DNA from: Nitrospinota bacterium
Lineage (GTDB): Bacteria > Nitrospinota > Nitrospinia > JACRGO01
Assembly (NCBI GenBank): GCA_016212295.1
Contig: JACRGO010000181.1
Coordinates: forward strand, 232-64,231
Reading direction: 5' to 3'
Length of the DNA stretch: 64,000 nucleotides
Shown: one piece after another, positions 18,066 to 27,383 of the stretch
How positions within the stretch are numbered: the stretch's first letter is position 1
Layout of the letters: each line of letters begins with the position of its first letter
Translations under genes and position numbers: made by a program
The notes under the pieces: model-generated
What the model was told of the DNA's origin: nothing
The model's input: the letters and a program-made list of their open reading frames with translations, nothing else
The model's database searches: none

Positions 18066-20150
18066 TTACCTCCCCGTCTCCCGGCCAAGAATCAACTTGG
18101 CGGCGTCACTGATTTCCTCGTTTTGAGACCAAAGGACCTCGTCCTTGCCGGATTTCAGGCATTCAAGGGCCAGCGTTAAGGGGCTTAAGCTGTCGGCGGT
18201 CCCGGCCGGGAAGGCGCTCTTAACAGACTCAAGGGCTTTTTCGCACAAAAGAGCTGTTTCCGGTTTTGCCAGTCCTGAAAAAAATTGGACCGCGGCGGGA
18301 AAAACGGCATTAGCGGGAAGGGACCGGATGAACGCCAGCCTCTCTTCAACGAAAAGGCCGGTTTCCTCGACTTTCCCTTTCAACGCCATTTTTTTGATGA
18401 GATAAAAATACGTCTCGAAGATCAATTGAATCATTGGACCGTTAAGTTGCGCGGTAAGGGATCCCCCTTGAATGTTCTTTTCAAAACGCAAGAAACAGTC
18501 CGCGGCCTCGTCGTATTTCCCTGAATGAAAGCAGGCGTCTCCAAGGTTGGCCAGTGAGGGGGGGGAATCTTTTTTTTCTTTCAACGCGCGGAGAAAACAT
18601 TCCTCCGCCTTCTCCATAAGGCCAAGAAAACGGTAATCACAACCCATGTTGTTCAATGCGCCAAAGTCTTCCGGCTTTTTTTCAAGGCATTTTTTATAAC
18701 AATCCACCGCCTTTTGGTGCTCCCCTTTGAAACTATAGGCAAAGCCGAGTAGAAAAAGGAGAGAGAACATTTGTTCCGGATCGTCACCGGAGTTTTGCAG
18801 AAGGTCCTGAATTCTCTTGATCGCCTCATCCCCTTTTTTCTCCTTCAAAAGCTTGTATGCTTCCGATATTTTGGAGTTTGAAAAAAAAGAGGGGCCCGGT
18901 TCCAGGTAAAAAAGTCCTGGAACCGCGGCCTTTCCGGATTTTACTCCTCCGGCCCCGTTCCCTTCGCCATATTTTTCGCGGGAATGCGCGATGTATAAAA
19001 AATTTATTATTCCCCTTGAACGGCCTCTCAGGTCTTTCACGTGCTCCATGTGGTAATACGAACAGAATAACGGGTCAGCCGCGCCATAAAAGGATTTTTT
19101 CGGCTCCAACCGGACCTTTTTGAGAAGCCCTCTGTTGATGAGCCTCTTCAGCAGGACGCTGACCTCCTTGCCTTCCCAGCCCAGGCGCCGGGCCAATTCC
19201 GACGGGGAAACGCGCTGGCTGTCGCGCAACAGGGTATCCAGAAGCTTCCGTTCCTTTGGCGGAGTATTCTGGATGAGGAACCGGTAATGAGGGGAGAGGA
19301 TATCCAGCATTCTCTGAAATATCCTGAAAGGGGAAAAGGATGGCGCTATTGCCAAGGCCTGATACATGGCAAGGGTCAGCCTGGGATTTCCCCTTGTAAA
19401 GTGGAAGAGGGTTTTAATAGCCGGGAGATTATTTTGAATTTGGCCGTCCAAGCGCTCCTTGCTGTTTAAGGCCGCCATTTTCTCCAGGACCGTTAACGCT
19501 TCCTCTTCCTTAAAAGGGGCCAGGGAAATAGTGGTAAAAGACCTGGACAAAAGAGGGGAAAATTTTTTGTTTTCCAGGGTGCAGGGAACGGCGGTCCCTA
19601 TGATAGACAAGCAGCCACGCGCGGAAAAGAAGGAGGCCATCAACTTGGAGGCAGCCGGATCGTGTAAAATGAAATCCAGCAAGTAGTCGAAATCATCAAT
19701 GCACAAAAGAATTTTCTTGTTGCTTTGGCGGGTGAATTTCTCCAATAATTGGCGGGCCTGCTCCCATTGGGCCGCAGGGTTTCTGAAGAGTCCTTTCACA
19801 ATGCGGTATTCCTCCTGGGAAATTCCGCAGCCACCCGGCAAGCCGGCAAGGGGGGCCAGAACTCTTTCCAGGAAGCAGGAAAAGGATGAAAAAAAACCGG
19901 CCCGACCCGGCAGAAAGACCGGTTCCCATTGAGAATTCAGTGGCGTTTTTTCCCTTGCTGCATGGAACGCCATCAAAAGAAAATGGGTCTTTCCTCCCCC
20001 CCACGGCGCCAAAATCAAGCCGTGCCTTGAGGTTTGGGAATCTCCAAGGGAATCCAGAAGGGAGTTAAACTCCACGTCCCTGGCCGTGAAAAGGGAGGAC
20101 AATTCCTCTCGTCCGTGAAATTGAAAATTAAAAAGGGGGGGGGAAATCAT
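18066..20150 (-). CDS. STAND-like P-loop ATPase + winged HTH + TPR repeats
   Basis: APWGGGKT Walker A, LLCIDDFD Walker B, TRGNPRL, SPSELARRLGWEGKEVSVLLKRLINRGLL HTH, TPR helices (ALNNMGCDY, SLANLGDAC). Confidence 0.8.
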   Translation of the reverse strand: MISPPLFNFQFHGREELSSLFTARDVEFNSLLDSLGDSQTSRHGLILAPWGGGKTHFLLMAFHAAREKTPLNSQWEPVFLPGRAGFFSSFSCFLERVLAPLAGLPGGCGISQEEYRIVKGLFRNPAAQWEQARQLLEKFTRQSNKKILLCIDDFDYLLDFILHDPAASKLMASFFSARGCLSIIGTAVPCTLENKKFSPLLSRSFTTISLAPFKEEEALTVLEKMAALNSKERLDGQIQNNLPAIKTLFHFTRGNPRLTLAMYQALAIAPSFSPFRIFQRMLDILSPHYRFLIQNTPPKERKLLDTLLRDSQRVSPSELARRLGWEGKEVSVLLKRLINRGLLKKVRLEPKKSFYGAADPLFCSYYHMEHVKDLRGRSRGIINFLYIAHSREKYGEGNGAGGVKSGKAAVPGLFYLEPGPSFFSNSKISEAYKLLKEKKGDEAIKRIQDLLQNSGDDPEQMFSLLFLLGFAYSFKGEHQKAVDCYKKCLEKKPEDFGALNNMGCDYRFLGLMEKAEECFLRALKEKKDSPPSLANLGDACFHSGKYDEAADCFLRFEKNIQGGSLTAQLNGPMIQLIFETYFYLIKKMALKGKVEETGLFVEERLAFIRSLPANAVFPAAVQFFSGLAKPETALLCEKALESVKSAFPAGTADSLSPLTLALECLKSGKDEVLWSQNEEISDAAKLILGRETGR

Positions 20151-20314
20151 TGTCCAATCGCGGGTCTAATGTTCCTTTTTAAGCGGATACCGGAAATGAA
20201 ATTTACATGAATCTAATGGGGTTGTCAAATCCTTCATTTATTTTGATAACCAGCTTATGTTATCATAAAAAATTAAAAAACTTATATTTTCTTATAAACC
20301 AGGAGAAAAATTCC

Positions 20315-21229
20315 TTGGCCGAGGAAACCTCAACCAAGCCCAAAGGAAAAGGGAGCCCGGAATCCTACATAAAGCTTGCGAAGATTTCCCTTGGACTTCA
20401 GGAGTTTCAAATTGCCGCGGCCGCGTGTGAAAAGGGTTTGGCTAAATTCCCCCAAAATCCCGGTCTTCTTGTGGCTAGGGGAGAAACCCTTGTTCTGGCA
20501 TATAATTTCGGGAAAAAAGCCGAGCATCTGAAATCAGCCCTGGAGAGCTTTGAATATGCCTTGAAAATAAATCCGCATAATTACACGGCCAAATTTTTAA
20601 CCGGCCAGATATATATTCAATTAAAAAAATACGACTTGGCCGCTAAACGATTTTCCTCCATATTGGAAATCGACCCCAATGATATCCGGGCCAAGTCCCT
20701 TTTGGAAAAGGCCCAAGGCAAAATGGCGCCTCCCAAGGAAAAGCCGAAGGCGGCCCCAGTCAGCGCTGTAAAGGAAAAAATGGAAGACAAGCCGGAGGAG
20801 GAACAAGTCCAGGAAAAAGAAGCGCTTGCCGGTGACCAAAAGGAGGGTATACTGGACATGTCGGATAGCGATGAATCGGCCAACCACGAATTCCTGATCT
20901 CCCGTCTGGGAATCTTTCAGAAGCTGGAAGGAATAAAGAGCATCAATCTGGTGGACAAAAATGGGAATCTCCTGAAATGCCAAAAGAAGTCCGATCTTGA
21001 CCCCGAACTTCTTTCTTCCATGGCCGGGAATGTTTACAGATCCACTGTCAGGGTGGTTGATAGATTCCACAGCGGGGATTTCGTGTACGGCATGGTGATG
21101 TGCCAGAAATCATACATATATATAGTGGCCGCCCGGTGGGCGGTGTTGGTCCTGGAGACCTCCACTGACGCCAGCCTGGAGATTCTGGAGAAAAAAATCC
21201 ATCAATACCTTGGAGAACTGGACCTTTGA
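20315..21229 (+). CDS. TPR protein with C-terminal roadblock/LC7-like domain
   Basis: TPRs (ALESFEYALKINPHN, ILEIDPNDIRAKSLL), charged linker, LEGIKSINLVDKNGNLL roadblock start; probable TTG start at 20315 after AGGAG. Confidence 0.78.
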   Translation: MAEETSTKPKGKGSPESYIKLAKISLGLQEFQIAAAACEKGLAKFPQNPGLLVARGETLVLAYNFGKKAEHLKSALESFEYALKINPHNYTAKFLTGQIYIQLKKYDLAAKRFSSILEIDPNDIRAKSLLEKAQGKMAPPKEKPKAAPVSAVKEKMEDKPEEEQVQEKEALAGDQKEGILDMSDSDESANHEFLISRLGIFQKLEGIKSINLVDKNGNLLKCQKKSDLDPELLSSMAGNVYRSTVRVVDRFHSGDFVYGMVMCQKSYIYIVAARWAVLVLETSTDASLEILEKKIHQYLGELDL

Positions 21230-21591
21230 TACAGGAAATAGCGGCTATATTAAAGCAACTTAACGCCACGGAAGGAATCAAGGGGAGCCTTATAATCACC
21301 CCGGACGGCATGCCGGTCGCGTCTCTTCTGGAAGGGGGCCAGGACATGGACACAGTGGCCGCGATTTCCTCCTCCATTTATCTTTCCATCACAAAGTCCA
21401 TGGAAAAACTTGCCATAGGGGATGTGAACCGCTATCTTCTATGCACTGAATTCGCAAGGTTTTTTATAATAGGTTTAGGAAAGATGATACTAATAGTTTT
21501 AGCGGCCCATAACATACAAATCGCAAAGGTCAATGTGGCGATTTTTCAGGCAGCCAACGCCATCAAGAAATCAGGCAGATTGGACGTTTAA
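21226..21591 (+). CDS. Roadblock/LC7 domain protein (MglB/MglC-like)
   Basis: LNATEGIKGSLIITPDGMPVAS...DTVAAISSSI; overlaps the previous stop (TTGA). Confidence 0.85.
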   Translation: MIQEIAAILKQLNATEGIKGSLIITPDGMPVASLLEGGQDMDTVAAISSSIYLSITKSMEKLAIGDVNRYLLCTEFARFFIIGLGKMILIVLAAHNIQIAKVNVAIFQAANAIKKSGRLDV

Positions 21592-21593
21592 AC

Positions 21594-22763
21594 ATGGTTC
21601 AAATAAACTTCGCCAAAAAAGAAGTCAGTTGCAAAATCGTTTATTACGGACCCGGCCTCAGCGGCAAGACAACCAACCTGGAAATCATTTACAAAAAAGC
21701 GCCTGATAGCAACAAAGGCAAGATGACCTCCGTGGCCACGGAAGGGGACCGCACGCTGTTCTTTGATTTTTTGCCGCTGGACATAGGAAAAGTGGGCGGC
21801 ATGAACACCAAATTTCAGCTATATACCGTCCCTGGGCAGGTCTATTACAATTCCACCAGGAAATTAGTCCTCCAGGGCGTGGACGGCGTCATCTTCGTGG
21901 CCAATTCAGAGAAGGGCAAAATGGATGAAAACATCGAGTCCCTTAAAAACCTTGAGGACAATCTTAAGGAGCAGGGGATTAACATAAGCGAAATCCCCCT
22001 GGTGATTCAATTCAACAAAAGGGACCTCCCGGACGCCACGCCCGTGGCGGAGATGGAGGCTAAACTCAATCCTTGGAAGGTCCCTACCTGCGAGGCGTCC
22101 GCCTTCAGGGGGGAAGGCGTGTTCCCGACCTTGAAACTTACGGCCGCCATTGTTCTGGATAGACTGAACAAAAAATACGCCCCTAAGTCCGCCTCCGACA
22201 AGGCCATTGCCGAAGTCAACGGGCATAAGCTCCTCCTGGCCGATTTTGAAAAATTTTGCGTCACTCATTACCGCCTGTCCGGGAAAAAGGAGCCTCCCGG
22301 CGGCGCAAAATTCTCACGGTCGGAAAAAGAGAATTATCTCAACATATACATTAACAATTTCCTGATAAGGTTGGCGGCCAAGGAGCAGGGGATCGAGGCT
22401 GATGAAAAGGCGGTGGCCGCCCAGATAGAAGGCGCCGCTTCCAAATTCGGCTCAAAGGACAATTTTATAAAATACCTGAAAGAAAAAAATCTGACGGAAG
22501 AAGACTATAAAGAGGAAGCCGTTAACAGAACATTGTCCAATAAACTTTTAGCCGGCATAATACCGGACCACCGGGACAGAATCTCCCCTAAGGAAGAACA
22601 GCTTAGGGAGGTTTATGAAAAAAACAGGGACAAATTTCCTGGGGCCTTTGACCAGGAGAGGAAAAAGGTGGAAGCCCAGGCCCTGAAGACGAACAGACTT
22701 CAGGTAATGGAAGAGATGTACAAGGAAATCAGGAGCGAGGCCCGGATTAAAACTTATTTATAG
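21594..22763 (+). CDS. mglA: MglA-family small GTPase fused to a C-terminal SurA/PrsA N-terminal-like domain
   Basis: KIVYYGPGLSGKTTNL, TEGDRTLFFDFLP, YTVPGQVYYNSTRKLVL, NKRD; about 190 extra residues starting AIAEVNGHKLLLADF. Confidence 0.9.
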   Translation: MVQINFAKKEVSCKIVYYGPGLSGKTTNLEIIYKKAPDSNKGKMTSVATEGDRTLFFDFLPLDIGKVGGMNTKFQLYTVPGQVYYNSTRKLVLQGVDGVIFVANSEKGKMDENIESLKNLEDNLKEQGINISEIPLVIQFNKRDLPDATPVAEMEAKLNPWKVPTCEASAFRGEGVFPTLKLTAAIVLDRLNKKYAPKSASDKAIAEVNGHKLLLADFEKFCVTHYRLSGKKEPPGGAKFSRSEKENYLNIYINNFLIRLAAKEQGIEADEKAVAAQIEGAASKFGSKDNFIKYLKEKNLTEEDYKEEAVNRTLSNKLLAGIIPDHRDRISPKEEQLREVYEKNRDKFPGAFDQERKKVEAQALKTNRLQVMEEMYKEIRSEARIKTYL

Positions 22764-22792
22764 CACCCAACCTCAAAACGGGGAGAGAGGCA

Positions 22793-23287
22793 ATGGACGA
22801 GTTTAAGGCGTCCCGGTTGATTTTCTACAAGGACGATATAGACCAGATTGAAAAGGTTATCGACGAGTTCATAAAAAAATCGGATTCCAAGTGCTCCATC
22901 CTGATAGACAAGGACGGGCATTTGGTCACCAAGAGAGGCCAGTCCACTCAATTCGATCCGGAGACTTTGTCCGCGCTAGTGGCCGGAAGTTTCGCCGCCA
23001 CAAGGGAAATGGCCAAGTTGCTGGGGGAAACGGAATTCACGGTATTGTTCCACAAGGGCCTGAAGGACAACATCCATCTTTCCCTCGTGGGGAACAGGGC
23101 CATCCTGGCCACCATATTCAACGACCAGACCACCATCGGGATGGTGCAACTGTACCACAAGGAGGCGTCCGAAAAAATAGAAAAGATATTCGAGATTTCA
23201 GCGAAAAAACCGAGGAAGGAAACAAAATTCCACGAGGATTTCGGTAAGGACGCAAAGCAGAAACTGGACGAATTCTTTGGAAGTTAA
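22793..23287 (+). CDS. mglB: MglB-type roadblock protein (GTPase-activating partner of MglA)
   Basis: LIDKDGHLV, TLSALVAGSFAATREMAKLLGETEFTVLFHKG...NIHLSLVGNRAILATIF. Confidence 0.88.
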   Translation: MDEFKASRLIFYKDDIDQIEKVIDEFIKKSDSKCSILIDKDGHLVTKRGQSTQFDPETLSALVAGSFAATREMAKLLGETEFTVLFHKGLKDNIHLSLVGNRAILATIFNDQTTIGMVQLYHKEASEKIEKIFEISAKKPRKETKFHEDFGKDAKQKLDEFFGS

Positions 23288-23362
23288 AGGATAATTTTTT
23301 ACCTGTGTAATTGTTTTTTGTTCACTTTAATCCCTTTAGCCCTTTTTCCGTTCCCTTCTTCC

Positions 23363-23472
23363 ATAGCGCGACATGGCCGCGGCCAAAAAAAGATAATGTC
23401 AACCACGAATTTACACGAATATTCACTAATTAAAGGAAAAAAATTAGTGCGAATTAGTGTTTATTCGTGGCT
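23363..23472. repeat. Cap motif 1 (minus) followed by family D palindrome
   Basis: ATAGCGCGACATGGCCGCGGCCAAAA (23363-23388); CCACGAATTTACACGAATATTCACTAAT...ATTAGTGCGAATTAGTGTTTATTCGTGG. Confidence 0.75.
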
Positions 23473-23550
23473 GAATTTTATATATTTTTTTAAAATCCTG
23501 CTAAAAAACAAAATATTATAAATTCGTAACACAGGAGGCGTCAGGCAATA

Positions 23551-24612
23551 ATGATCGAAACCATTTTAGTGGCAACAGTTGTATTGGGGATATTGATTTT
23601 TATCCATGAACTCGGGCATTACCTCGCGGCAAAGAAGGCCGGGGTTTCCGTGGAAAAATTTTCCCTAGGATTCGGCCCCAAGGTCATAGGAAAAACCGTG
23701 GGAGAAACGGAATACCTGATTTCCGCCTTTCCTCTAGGCGGGTATGTAAAGCTTTACGGTGAAGACCCGGAGGATGAAGTGGAGCATCCGGAGCGTTCAT
23801 TTACCCATGCCTCGGTATGGAAACGCCTTGCAATCGTCGCCGCCGGCCCTGTCTTTAATATGCTGTTCGCGGTGCTCATTTTTTCCCTTGTCTTCATGGC
23901 CGGGGTTCCTACCCTTTCCTCAAAGGTCGGCGAAGTCCAGGAAGGGTCCCCTGCCTTTACCGCTGGACTTCTCCAGGACGACGTCATATTAAGCGTTGAC
24001 GAAAAAGAGGTGCGCCGGTGGGAGGACCTGGTGGGGATCATCCACGAGTCGCCGGACAAACCATTGAGGTTCCGCATACAGCGCGGCTCCGGGGCGGTAT
24101 TCGACGTGAACATCACCCCTGAGGCCAAGAGCACGAAAAATATATTCGGAGAAGAAATCCATGTGGGGCTCATAGGAATTCAGGCGTCACAGGACTATTT
24201 CACGGAGCGTTTCAATCCGATAGTGGCCGTTTGGAAAGGCGCGGAAAAAACCTGGAAGATCACATACCTCACTCTGGTGAGCATCAAGAAAATCGTGGAA
24301 AAAACCGTTCCATCCGACAGCATCGGCGGTCCCATCCTGATTTTTCAAATGGCGGGAGAGCAGGCCAAGATCGGCATAATGAACCTGGTGTTTTTCGTGG
24401 CCCTCCTGAGCGTGAACCTAGGAATACTTAACCTTTTTCCAATCCCGATTCTGGATGGAGGACACATCCTCTTCTACCTCTTCGAGATCATCTTCCGCAA
24501 ACCGCTCAGCGTGAAGATCCGGGAAGCAGCCCAGAAGGTCGGCTTGGCCATGCTCATCACCCTGATGGTCTTCGCCTTTTATAACGACATAATGCGCATC
24601 TTTTCCAAATAA
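23551..24612 (+). CDS. rseP: RIP metalloprotease RseP (M50, one PDZ domain)
   Basis: HELGH, FSLGFGP, PLGGYVK, AGPVFN, NLFPIPILDGGH. Confidence 0.96.
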   Translation: MIETILVATVVLGILIFIHELGHYLAAKKAGVSVEKFSLGFGPKVIGKTVGETEYLISAFPLGGYVKLYGEDPEDEVEHPERSFTHASVWKRLAIVAAGPVFNMLFAVLIFSLVFMAGVPTLSSKVGEVQEGSPAFTAGLLQDDVILSVDEKEVRRWEDLVGIIHESPDKPLRFRIQRGSGAVFDVNITPEAKSTKNIFGEEIHVGLIGIQASQDYFTERFNPIVAVWKGAEKTWKITYLTLVSIKKIVEKTVPSDSIGGPILIFQMAGEQAKIGIMNLVFFVALLSVNLGILNLFPIPILDGGHILFYLFEIIFRKPLSVKIREAAQKVGLAMLITLMVFAFYNDIMRIFSK

Positions 24613-24668
24613 CGGGATCGTCCGTACAATGGAATAACTGTTTCGCTTTCGACAACTGAGAGGCCGGG

Positions 24669-25154
24669 ATGATTGACACTTCCAAGGCAAAGGACCGGCG
24701 GTCCTTGCGTTTCAACACGATCGATGCGCTGCTGCAAGAGGTTGACCGGCTTGCGGCCGCGGATAAGGCAGGAAAACTCCGGCGAAGCGGAAATTGGACG
24801 CTGGGGCAGGCTTGCGGGCACTTGGCTGCCTGGATCGACTACGGTTACGAAGGTTATCCGATGGCGCCTCTGCCATGGCCCATCCGTATGATCCTTCGGT
24901 TGCGCGTAAAGAAGTACCTGCGCGGCGGGATGCCGGTTGGTGTGCGGATACCAAAAGTCGAGAATGGAACTTTCGCGACGGAACCGCTGTCCCCTGAAGA
25001 CGGGGCCGAGCGATTACGGCGAGCGCTGAAACGGCTGCAAAGCGGCGAACCGGTGAAGTTCGACAGTCCGGCCTTTGGGCCGATGCCGCACGAAGTACGA
25101 ATCGCCCTCCACCTCCGCCACGCGGAATTGCACCTGGGATTTCTGCATCCCTGA
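24669..25154 (+). CDS. DUF1569-like (DinB superfamily) protein
   Basis: RRSLRFNTID, GNWTLGQACGHLA, SPAFGPM...LHLRHAELHLGFL. Confidence 0.75.
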   Translation: MIDTSKAKDRRSLRFNTIDALLQEVDRLAAADKAGKLRRSGNWTLGQACGHLAAWIDYGYEGYPMAPLPWPIRMILRLRVKKYLRGGMPVGVRIPKVENGTFATEPLSPEDGAERLRRALKRLQSGEPVKFDSPAFGPMPHEVRIALHLRHAELHLGFLHP

Positions 25155-25204
25155 AGGCCGCGCCTTGTGTTATTGGCCTATCATCACTCTTCTTAGGAAA
25201 CGCC

Positions 25205-25747
25205 GTGCGCAAGGAAGAAAAACCAAATCTCCTCCTTCACGTATGTTGCGCTCCATGCTCCCCTTACGTGGTGGAACTGCTGAGCAAGGAATTCCATGTG
25301 ACAGCATATTTCTATGATCCAAACATTCATCCTGAAGAGGAATACCGCTTCCGCCTGGAGGAGATGAAAAAAATGTGCGCCGGCATGGGGCTTGGGATTA
25401 TTGAGGCGGAATACGACCCGGACCGCTGGTTTCAATTAGTAGAAGGACACGAAAAGGACCCGGAGAAGGGAGAACGCTGCGGGATCTGTTTCCGGATGCG
25501 ATTGGAGCAGGCCGCTAAATTCGCCGGGGAAAACGGTTTCAGCGCCTTCGCCACCGCGCTCTCAGTGAGCCCTCACAAGGACGCCAAGGCCATCAACAGG
25601 ATCGGAAGGGAGATAGGAAATGCCCACGGCGTGGTTTTCCTTGAAGCTGACTTCAAAAAGAAAAACGGTTTCAAAATAAGCGTGGAGAAAGGCCGTGAAT
25701 TGGGTCTGAAGAGGCAGGATTATTGCGGGTGCGTATTTAGCGCTTGA
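25205..25747 (+). CDS. queH: Epoxyqueuosine reductase QueH (DUF208)
   Basis: LLLHVCCAPCS, PNIHP, GERCGICF, SVSPHK, RQDYCGCVFS. Confidence 0.93.
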   Translation: MRKEEKPNLLLHVCCAPCSPYVVELLSKEFHVTAYFYDPNIHPEEEYRFRLEEMKKMCAGMGLGIIEAEYDPDRWFQLVEGHEKDPEKGERCGICFRMRLEQAAKFAGENGFSAFATALSVSPHKDAKAINRIGREIGNAHGVVFLEADFKKKNGFKISVEKGRELGLKRQDYCGCVFSA

Positions 25748-25917
25748 CCGGGAACCCTGATTTTCCGGTCAAAAAATTCGAAATCCGAAAAAACATGATA
25801 TTGCCAAGGTTTTAGTTCAGGCGATTTCGCCTTATGACATTAGATACTTACACGGAATATCTGAGAATTCGTCTCTCACAAGCCATTAAGCTTGTTAAAT
25901 AAAAATCCGAAAAATGT

Positions 25918-25994
25918 ACCGCGGAGACGCCGAGGCGCAGAGAAAAGATTTTAAAATTACAGAGCTTTTCTCTGCGCCTCAGCGTCTCCGCGGT
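25918..25994. repeat. Family A palindrome between convergent queH and thrC
   Basis: 30-bp arms with one mismatch: ACCGCGGAGACGCcGAGGCGCAGAGAAAAG / CTTTTCTCTGCGCCTCaGCGTCTCCGCGGT. Confidence 0.85.
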
Positions 25995-26044
25995 GAAAAA
26001 GTTTTTAAATTTAAAATATCTTTTGTTAGATATTAGAGTTTTTT

Positions 26045-27382
26045 TTACTTCCTGGAATCAACTGCGCGAAGGATAGCGTCCCTTACCGAGGTATAATTGG
26101 CGGCCACGTCCACCGGCTGGTTTGCGTGGAGGCTCTTCACCCCTGCCAGGGTCCCTTGGTGGTAGCCCACCTGGAAATCGGTGAACTTCAGCCCATTGGC
26201 GGTGGAGATGACGATCACCCTCGCGTTTCTGGGTATTTCCCCACGCTTCGCGAGCTTGATCAGAGCGGCAAGGGCCACGCCGGTATGCGGACAATTGAAG
26301 AGGCCGTTGCGGTCCGCCCATGCCGCGGCGTTGGCAAGTTCATCCTCCGACGCCTGCTCCACTATGCCGTTGAATTCCTTCAACACCTTGATGGCCTTTT
26401 GGCAGCTCACCGGGTTCCCTATCTGTATGGCGTTGGCGAGGGTCGTTTTGGCCTTGACCGGGTGAAACTCCTTGAATCCGTTCAGATAGCTTAGATAGAG
26501 CGGATTTGCCGCCTCGGCCTGGGCGCAAACTATTCTTGGAAATTTGTTGATCATTCCCAGGTCCTTCATTAGGGAAAATCCCTTGCCCAGGGCGCTCACG
26601 TTTCCAAGGTTTCCGCCTGGAATGATGATGTAGTCCGGGACCTCCCATTCAAACTGCTGCACCAGTTCCATGCTGATGGTCTTCTGCCCCTCTATGCGCA
26701 GGGAGTTCATGGAGTTGGCCAGATAAATTTTATTTTTCGAGCAGACCTCCTGGACTATCTCCATGCAGCCGTCGAAATCGGTGTCCAGGGAAAGGGTAAG
26801 GGCGCCGTGCGCCAGGGGCTGGATCAGTTGGGCGGTGGAGACCTTGTTTCTTGGGAGAAACACAATGGCCTGGAGTCCGGCCACGGCGCAATAGGCGGCG
26901 AGGGAGGCGGAGGTGTCCCCGGTGGAGGCGCAGGCCACGGCCAGGATATCGGTCCCCTCGGAGATCATTTGCTTGACCATTGAGACAAGGACCGTCATGC
27001 CCAGGTCCTTGAATGAGCCCGTGTGGTTGTTGCCGCACTGCTTTATCCAGAGGTCGTCCAGCCCTATTTCCTTGCCGAAGCGTTCGGCCCAAAAGAGGTT
27101 GCTGCCCCCCTCATAGGTGGACACAACGTTTTCATTGTCCACGTTAGGGCAGACGACCTCTTTCTTTCCCCACACGGAACTCCCGTAGGGCCAGTCCGAG
27201 CGGCGGTAGCGCCTTTCAAAGACCTCTTTCCACTCCTGGCCCGGCCTTTCCTTAAGCCTCTCGAAATCGTGGCACACCTCAAGGAGGCTATCGCATTTCG
27301 GGCAGCGGTAGATGATCTCGTTCAGCTCGTGCCTGCCTTCACACCCCTGTATACATTGAAACCAAGCCTTCAAGCCTTCCAT
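26045..27382 (-). CDS. thrC: Threonine synthase
   Basis: [11 protein letters not shown] (PLP lysine), [30 protein letters not shown]. Confidence 0.95.
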   Translation of the reverse strand: MEGLKAWFQCIQGCEGRHELNEIIYRCPKCDSLLEVCHDFERLKERPGQEWKEVFERRYRRSDWPYGSSVWGKKEVVCPNVDNENVVSTYEGGSNLFWAERFGKEIGLDDLWIKQCGNNHTGSFKDLGMTVLVSMVKQMISEGTDILAVACASTGDTSASLAAYCAVAGLQAIVFLPRNKVSTAQLIQPLAHGALTLSLDTDFDGCMEIVQEVCSKNKIYLANSMNSLRIEGQKTISMELVQQFEWEVPDYIIIPGGNLGNVSALGKGFSLMKDLGMINKFPRIVCAQAEAANPLYLSYLNGFKEFHPVKAKTTLANAIQIGNPVSCQKAIKVLKEFNGIVEQASEDELANAAAWADRNGLFNCPHTGVALAALIKLAKRGEIPRNARVIVISTANGLKFTDFQVGYHQGTLAGVKSLHANQPVDVAANYTSVRDAILRAVDSRK

Positions 27383-27383
27383 T

